The notes under the pieces were generated by a model. The model made no database searches. It had not been told where the DNA came from and saw nothing but the letters and a program-made list of their open reading frames with translations. A stretch of DNA of 64,000 nucleotides, from contig CM022679.1 of the NCBI GenBank assembly GCA_012295275.1, forward strand, positions 1,674,001-1,738,000, read 5' to 3'. Below are positions 55,325-64,000 of this stretch, one piece after another. Each line of letters starts with the position of its first letter. The stretch's first letter is position 1. Made by a program: the position numbers and the translations under genes. The DNA is from Chrysomallon squamiferum. Lineage: Eukaryota; Animalia; Mollusca.

Positions 55325-56674
55325 TATTATTTTCGGTTTAAAGAAGTCTGTATATTCGGGAAAATCAAATCAATATAGAACATTAATTTTGTTTTATTAT
55401 TATTATTGTATAAAAGCTTAAATACATTTTAGACCATGATTCAGCGTCCAGGACACGGTTGCGAGGTCTCGTCACTCGAAAGGGGAAGAATGAAAAAGAA
55501 ACCAACAACAACAAAAAATGTTCATAATGCTTTTTCTCACGAAGGTGATTTAGAATGAATACATAAATCACAAATGGAAAAATATTTAATCTTTACAATT
55601 CCCCACCCGTTTTCGGAGAATATTTAATTTTACATTATTCGAATTTAATGCGGAAGATTTTTTTCTTAAAAAATGTACCTTTAAAGTTTTTAGCGTTACG
55701 TTATTTATGAAAAGGCTATTTATTGCTCGTCGCATTTTGCTAATAAATTATACTGGATGTGCACACAACTTTTTGACAATGATCCAAATTTCTATTCATA
55801 CAAGCTGACAATTCGTTTTACGTTAGAGACATTTCTCTCCGTGGCTAGGTCATAGGTCCTCGCGGATACGTGTTTATTTGTGCATACTTTTTTCTTTGTT
55901 TACATTTCCTGGAAAATGTGTTTAGAACAATTTTAAGGGGAATTACCAAATAAATAAATAAAATCTAAAATATTATAAAATATGCATAAAAAATGAGTAT
56001 AAAAGCTATTAACTTAGTAATAAATCCACAGAACTATTATGCTATCTTGAGAGACCAACTTAGGATATAGAACCTAAGTTAGTAATATGTTTTTAATCTT
56101 CAACAGCCATGTTTTGCTTTTTTCATTTCTACAAATGATGTATTTTATTTTTAATTAATTATAAGATATTATTATTATCAGTGGTGATAGTGCCTATTCA
56201 CAATAAACAAGATATTTTATTTTAAAAATCAGTCAATAAACGAAGCAGATACAGAAAACAAAAAAGTTCCACCAAAACACCCAAATCACCGCCTATAATA
56301 ATAATAATCATAATAATAATAATAATAATAATAAGAAGAAGAAGAAGAAGAATGAAAAAATACAAATGTAAAAAATAAAATGTGTATATATATACAAGGA
56401 TGTAAAGGATTGTGTGTGTGTGCACAAATACTGATTTTTACTTAAACGTAACTTAATGGTTTCCAATAGAGTATCTGTTTGAGTTTTTCAGTGAAACTCA
56501 GCATGCAAACGTAAATCTATTATCACTCAGAACATTTATCACATATATACAGTAAAAAGTTGCACACTATATACAAAATCAAAACATTTAATTGCTTAAG
56601 ATATTTAAGTGCCTCTGTTGTATTAACATGATATTATATGAAATGCCCGAATACTTTGATTAAAATAATCATTA

Positions 56675-56772
<98 letters not shown>

Positions 56773-56797
56773 GACACACACCCACACCCACATACAA

Positions 56798-57209
56798 CTA
56801 CTGCTTAGCCAAATCGACTATATGCACACCTCGCTTATGTTTTTCTATGATTTCACGCTTTAATTCAGTGGACATCATCCGCTTCTTCTTCCCAGCACTA
56901 TCCTTTGCACTCACTTTCTTATGATCAATGATTAGAAAAAAGGAAATTTGGCAAAATACTGCACAAAACTCGAGCACAACACAACAGAGATGCTTCAACG
57001 GCAATACACACGTGAAGTAAACGAATGAGTCGCAGGATGCTGGGCGGATCCTGTGTTGTTCGTTGCGCCAACTATCGTCGAGGCGTATCTGAAGCTATGT
57101 CATAAATCGGATTTTGGCTCGCAACTCAAAGCAAAAAGTCGACCGGGCGAAAGCACGTAAATCGGAAAACTCGTAAGTTGGTGCACTCGTAAGTCGAAGT
57201 ACCAGTGTA
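56798..57209 (-). mobile_element. Tigger/pogo (Tc1-mariner superfamily) DNA transposon 5' fragment
   Basis: A minus-strand ORF remnant KKKRMMSTELKREIIEKHKRGVHIVDLAKQ resembles a CENP-B-type HTH N-terminus. The terminus TA|CACTGGTACTTCGACTTACGAG at 57209-57186 is pogo-like, with internal repeats of ACTTACGAG. Confidence 0.72.
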
Positions 57210-57874
57210 TTCTCACGTACCTACATATATGCATACATATAAACGCATACATACGTACGTAGGTCCATAAGTACGTGTATATACTTTTATAATGTAGAGT
57301 CGTTTATATCAAAACTAATAATGATTTCGGGACAGTTATTAATAACTCTAAGTATGGAATTATGATATAACACTAGTTTAGAGATATATGAGAGTTTTCC
57401 GACCACCTCAAAAACTCTCTTCAATGAGCTTTCGGTGGGAGTGTTTTGGGTCTGCTACACCGGCTGTGCTAGCTGAAAGATCATACAGGATGCTGTGCTG
57501 CACTTTTTCCGATAAATGCTAATCAGTAGCATCAGCAGAAGTTTCAATGGACGTACGTCACGGCATTCATTGTATTGGATAAGTCTTAACAGAAAAATTA
57601 AAGGAATTCACCCATGTATGCGGTATCTTCCTGATTCAGTTTTCCCCTGTGGTGCATATCGTTTTAATCGCTTATTTATTCATTTTTATTGCTGTTTAAT
57701 ATGTTAAAGTTATGAGTCATGACAGATTCTGAAAAACTTTTAAAGTTAAAAAAATGATAATGTATTTTCAATAAATACATGAATGATAATTTATTCAATA
57801 AATACAGAAACATAAAAATAGTGCACCTCCCTGAAGGTATTTATTGTACATTTGTCTTCGGCTTGAGAATTTGA

Positions 57875-57921
<47 letters not shown>

Positions 57922-58383
57922 GTTGCTGAGAAAAACTGGCTAAAGTGAAAAATTTTCATCAGGTCTTTTTTCCGATTGTAAAATTCAAAATAAAAAATAA
58001 ATAAATACAAAAAATACAAGAAATACAAAAAAAAGAAAAAACACACACCAGCATAACAACTCCAGAATTGTTCTGTCTTGCCTAGTTATTTTTCTCTGAA
58101 GTTTATCCTGGTATAGAATAAATGGTTCGAGATTTAACGAGTGACTGCGAAAATAAATAAAATAAATAATAGATTTGTGGAAGACATTGTAATAATTTAA
58201 TAACCACTAGCGATAAACAATGAGAGAGAAAACAAAACGTAAAAAAATGAAAACAAAAAAAATCCCACAAACAATTAGACTAAGTAAAAAATAAAAATAA
58301 AGACATACTAAAAAAGAAAAAGAAAAAACAAACATTGAGTAAAGAAAAGAGCCATTTGGTGATTATGTATAAATAATTTTTTA

Positions 58384-58479
<96 letters not shown>

Positions 58480-59499
58480 TTAAATGAACGTAAAGTCGCT
58501 TAGGATGTCGATTTATATAAATATATAAAAAAATATAATTATATAACGCACACCACTTAATTTTTCATATTTATTTAGTTATTTAGTTTTTTTGGTCAGG
58601 CAGACTTCTATGTTATTTTCTGTTCAGTGGAGGATTCAGCCGGTTGACGCCCATTCGCGGAATTTCGTGAGCTCGCCGAACCGGTTGATGAAACTAATTA
58701 ACCGATATATATATATATATAAACATACTTCAAGATTATAAACGTATAATGCTTTGAAAACTGACTCAGTGACACAGTCTGTAATTCGGGATGCTTAGAA
58801 TAGATATTGTGTAACTTGTCAGGTTTCAGCGAAAATACATACAGACAAAAAACCAGTCGGAGGTGAAATTCCCACCCACTAAATATCAAAGTATTTAGTT
58901 TCTATTTCAAAACTTTCCTTCCCATACTAAAACAAAGCTGATAAACAGTCTATCTAACATTCATTTGATTATTTTCTTCATCGTTTTAGTCTTTAAGTAC
59001 ACTTTTCCTTGTACGTATATGCACTCGTATTTATTTATAAAGTTTAACATAATGCATTTTTAATTTTTATAGATCCTATAGATACCGTTTTTGATTTTAT
59101 TTGTGCTTGAAGAGTTTCTGTTTGGATGGTTAGTGTATTGTACATAATTCAGCAGTCAAGTTTCATCCTTTTACAAAACAAATTTTTGGCTTAAAATTGA
59201 AAATTGGATGTTTTATTACAGTAAAGGTTAGGTTATGTAATCCTTACTTGTAAAGTACATATAACATACTTAACGGCGGTTATTAATGAAACATTGTGTG
59301 AAACTGTTAGTTGTTTTTGTTTGAATTCTTTATACACAATAAAATCTTCTAATTCATTTAACAGATTACTTATAAAAACATTACCATTTTCCTTTCCTTT
59401 CTTTTTTATGAACAAAAAAAAAGTCGGTATTTATTTTATTTTATCCTATTTTATCTTATTTTGATTTATCGCCCGGATGTCACATCATGTAACATGGCT

Positions 59500-59800
59500 T
59501 TTACGATTCGTCGAGGATGATCAGTCGTTCAGCAGTTTTTTATTCCAACACATTTACAACTGAGCAGACCTGGCTGCCTGTTTGTCACCAATTCCCACCC
59601 AGTACGAGTGACTGGTCTACTGAAGACTGTGGTATGTGATGTCTTGTGTACAGGAAAGAACTCTTGCTGCCAGTGGAAAATTGTAACGGGCTTTCTCTCG
59701 ACACTTTCTTTGATTTACCAAAATTAATGTAACAGCTAACTGCTGATAATTAATTAATTATGTCTTCTAATGGTGTTGTTAAAGTATTAATAATAATTAC
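59500..59800 (+). mobile_element. Degenerate SINE-like element; related fragments near 60230-60298 and 60800-60905
   Basis: A GC-richer body ends in ...TGGTGTTGTTAAA. A related tail, GGGATGTCATTAAG(CATT)n, lies at 60264-60293. The resemblance to molluscan SINEs is from memory and unverified. Confidence 0.35.
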
Positions 59801-62800
59801 AATAAGCTTTGTGTTGTTGTTTGTTTTTTTGGGGGTTCCGAACGAGTCCTGGCTACACTGGCATAATAAATATTCATATTATTACTTAAAAGGCCCACTG
59901 ACCTTTATATTTCAGAAATGACACACTGAAACGTTTTAAAAATGTACCTATTTAAGGACATGATACTGTCTGTTGCAGGTCAAACTTTCAAAATAATATC
60001 TCTTGTAGTTTTTGAGACCAGAATCAAAGTTTCATATCGAATACCATAGATCCCGGAATCTATAGGAACTATATCACTGAGTTTACCTATAAAACAAGCG
60101 AATGTGTGTTTATTTATGTTATACATTACTGTGTATAATAATTAGAAATAACGGTGAAAGTGAACACGCCTGTGGTAGAAATTCCTTATAAATAAGCAGA
60201 TATCAGAAGTCAAATTTTTAATTTCGTTTATGACATCCAGTAACCGATGTGTTTTTTCGCGCTGGGATGTCATTAAGCATTCATTCATTCATTCCTTTCA
60301 TAAATTAATTCTGAGATAATCCCAGTATATGCATAATTATTTAATCTCCCATTATTACTGAACTGAATCGATGGTGGCTGTTTTTATTGATGGGACACTC
60401 TAGGAGAGTGACGTACTTATTTATATGCGAGAGAACTAAAAATAACAAGGTTAATAAAATTTGTTAGATATTTACACTGCATTATTAATGTCTATACAAA
60501 TATTTTTAATGTTAAAATATATAAAACTATTATTATTATTGGGATAGTTATTTAAAGGTATATTTTTTCTGTTCAGTATTATTATACTTGGCAATGGATG
60601 TGTTGGTACTTTGATTATAGCAACAACGTACGTCGTGGAGTACATTGTTATTAACTACTAGTATAATAGTTACCAGTAACTACACGTAAACAGTGACAAA
60701 GATCCACACATACACACAACCACTCATTCAATAGTTCTATTTATAAATTTCTTTACCCATTGCAAAAAAAAAAAAAAAGAGAAAAAGTAAAGAAAAAAAA
60801 GCCATACGTTCGAGTCTCGTCAGTGGCATCTGACGGGTTTGTGAGGTCGTGATTGGACTTTGTCCTCCTGCACCAGTGCGTTCCATAATATTGTCTATAA
60901 GACACAGAATATTAAATTCCTAAACTATAATCATACATGCATAGATACAAAGATAAAAAAACATACATACATACAAATATATACATACATACTCTAAGAA
61001 CACTTTCAAAGGAATTGTTAATAACCCCAGGGTTAGAGTACAGTGTAAGGTTTATAATACCGGTTTAGAGATACATGGGAGTGTTTTGAGATTGCAGGAG
61101 GCGGGGCTGCTAGACCGGGTGTGGGAGGTGCTAGTGACAAATCGAAGGCCTTGCTACGGCTGACCAATCACAAATCAGGTCAGTATTTTATGCATAAGTA
61201 ATTGTCTATTTTTCACTCTGATTTCTGACATGCTAGCCACAGTAAATACGTTACTTCTATCTGAAATAGTTTTCAAATAAATAGATAAATAAATAAAAGT
61301 AAACAAGTAATTAAATGTATAAATAAATTCAAGGAAACAAACAAACATAGATAAAAAGATAAATAGATAATACAAATCAATAGATTAATACCTTGTATAA
61401 CGGGCAGTAATTGGACGACACTTGTCATTATTTGACAAAATACACAGAAAAGGATTTTAGTTAAAATTTATTGTATTAAATGTTTAATCAGTAAAAATAA
61501 ATAAACTTAATCACTAATACAATTATTACAGTTAAAATGCAGTTTGTGGTAAACATATTTTCATTACCTAGTAGCAGTGGATGTCAAAACATAAATAATT
61601 ATATATAAAATAAAGAGATCACATTTAAAAAAAAATGTTTTTAATTATTTCTTAATTTTTTGTAAATGTTAAATACGTAATATATATTTTTTTGTAAATG
61701 TTAAATACGTAATATATATTTTTTTGTAAATGTTATATACATAGATATACATGCATACATACATACATATATACATACATACATACACCCATACATACAT
61801 ACACACATATATATGTTTCAGTAATGAACAGACATTAATGAAATGGTAAGATGATGATGTCTTTTGACAGACAGTAACCCTGTGGTTTCAGAAAAAAGAG
61901 TTACAATAGTATCATAGATATACTTCAGCTTCAGACTGCAAAACACTGGTGAATAAATACATTAATATGTAAAACAGCAAGAACAGCAGCTACTACTGCT
62001 ACTACTACTTCAATTCTGAAACACATTTGTTATTTATTCGTAGATATATGACACTAATATTGTGCATCTCAAACCATAGATATACATACCATAATTATAA
62101 AAATGATAAAAAATTTCAGTCAAAAGAATATCATTTATTTTTAAGTATTTTTCAATAAAATGATAAAATTCTGCAAAATCTACAAGTAGGCTAAAACAAA
62201 ATCCAAACTAAAATAAACACAGATGCTGTTCCAAGGGAGACAACACACATTTAAACATGACAGTTACAAATTAGTGAACAGAAGACTTTAAAAAAAAAAA
62301 AAAATCTAAAAAAAAAAAAAAAAATAAAAATAAAAAAAAGTAGCTGAACAATAAAACAATAAAATAAACACATAGTTGTTAAACACTGGCTAAAACAACA
62401 GATCTGCAAATATCAGATGAAAACACAGCAGCTGGGTGGTGTGTTCACTGAAGGGGTGGAGATATCATTCCATCTGCAATAACAAGAAATTATTCACATA
62501 ATATTAAATTATTATTCTAAATATCAGGGCTTTGTTTATTCTAATAACTGAAAACAAAACTGAATATCAGTAATGAGTTGTTTAAATGACCCAAAAATCA
62601 AACAATGGTTTGTATATAATGGACAATCATATATAAACAACTGTACCTCTCACTAACCCTATAAAGGCTGGTTAAATAAAGCTATTCCCATGCATGCAAC
62701 ATATGCACAAATACACCTAATAACGGTAATAACAATTTTAATATTTAATTAATTTGGAAATGGATTTTTTAATATGGTTGAAGTTACAAAATCTCGAAGA

Positions 62801-64000
62801 AAGTCGCTCCTGCCTGTTAAAGTGTGTATACTTGTGTATTTGTGTGTGGTTGTGTGCATGTGTGTTTGTAAGTGTGTGTATGTGAATGTGTGCCTGTATG
62901 TGTATGTAAAAGATGTGGATATACATCAGGACATATATTTTACATTAGTATCTTTTTTGCAATAATTTCCTGAATTACTGTTTGTAAATATGTGTGTGTG
63001 CATCCAGGTATCTGGATAATGTTTATATGTATGCGGATAGGCATAAATGTATATGAATACGAATTCTTAAATAAATAAACATAGATGGCATTAGCACATC
63101 AATACAGTTTATAAATAATAGTTTACCATGAACTGGACTGATGGTCACATACATATCTGATCCATCACCAACCAACATAATTCTGTTGAAAGTAAACCTC
63201 CTTATCTGTCTGTATGTCACAGTTCCATTAGAATTATGGGTAATATTTATTTTGTACCTCTCTTCACTAGTAATAAAAAAGAGACAGAAAGAGAGAAGTA
63301 AATAATAATAATAATAATAACAATAATAATGTCAAATATAAAATTGTGTTTGAAAAAGGACACCAACACCCAAAGTATTATTATTTACATATATATACAG
63401 TTGTTGTTGTTTTGGTTTTTTTTTATTTTTTTTTTATTTTTATTTTTTTGATAATTATAATAATAATAGTCATAAATAAATAAGTAAATAACACTGAACA
63501 TGAATCTTTGTAAAATGATATAATTAGTACAATGTAACGGTGCTTTCAGTGATTTGTAAGTAGAATCTACAAACACAGGACAATAATTTGATTTTCAAAG
63601 GATTTTAAAATATGTGATATGAGCTTTAATTAACTGAAAGAGGTCCTGTCTCTTGCAATGCAGGCTTTTGTCCACTTTTAAATTCATCCGGATTAGACCT
63701 GCTGAACATATATATTTATAGATACATTTCTTCCAGATATTAAACAGCATGCCTCTTTTCAATACTATTTCCTTCAAAAAGAAAGAAAATATAATAATAA
63801 AAAATATATATAAAATAAAATAAATAATTAAATAAAAAATTTAAAATTAAAAACGTAAAAGATAAAACAAAACAAAGAAGGATGAAAGGTTGTTGTTCTT
63901 TTGTTTTTATTATGTATTTTTTTTAAACTTGAACTTTAAATCTAAGATTACTTGTAATAATCACACAAGAAAGAAAAATAATTTTTCGTAATCTAAACAG

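Noticed and set aside
61460-64000. Possible 3' UTR of a minus-strand gene lying beyond the window
   Set aside because: Only compositional hints and a minus-strand AATAAA near 61467 support it. No coding exon was identified.

Overview
AT-rich, microsatellite-dense eukaryotic (animal) genomic DNA. It is probably a mollusc; this is inferred from gene content and repeat style, not proven. Two 200-N scaffold gaps (13023-13222, 41916-42115) split it into three blocks. Block 1 holds a 12-exon ADP-ribosylarginine hydrolase (ADPRH/ARH1, minus strand) head-to-head with a LisH centrosomal gene (CEP20/FOPNL, plus strand) that carries a frameshift. Block 2 is a tandem array of four secreted S1-family serine protease genes (A, B, C, D, arranged as A-B-A'-B'). 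They have non-canonical activation and specificity residues and a strong excess of amino-acid-changing substitutions; the array is interleaved with minisatellites and a LINE relic. Block 3 holds an intron-containing iterative type I polyketide synthase (KS-AT-DH-psiKR-degenerate ER-KR, 3' end lost in the gap) with a candidate CCAAT/TATA promoter about 4 kb upstream, then intergenic DNA with DIRS/Ngaro, Tigger/pogo and SINE-like relics. The best leads are the reductively incomplete animal PKS (candidate polyene pigment or biomineralisation enzyme), the rapidly diversifying atypical protease array, and recurring minisatellites seeded from splice junctions. All exon boundaries were read by eye; no database searches were run.
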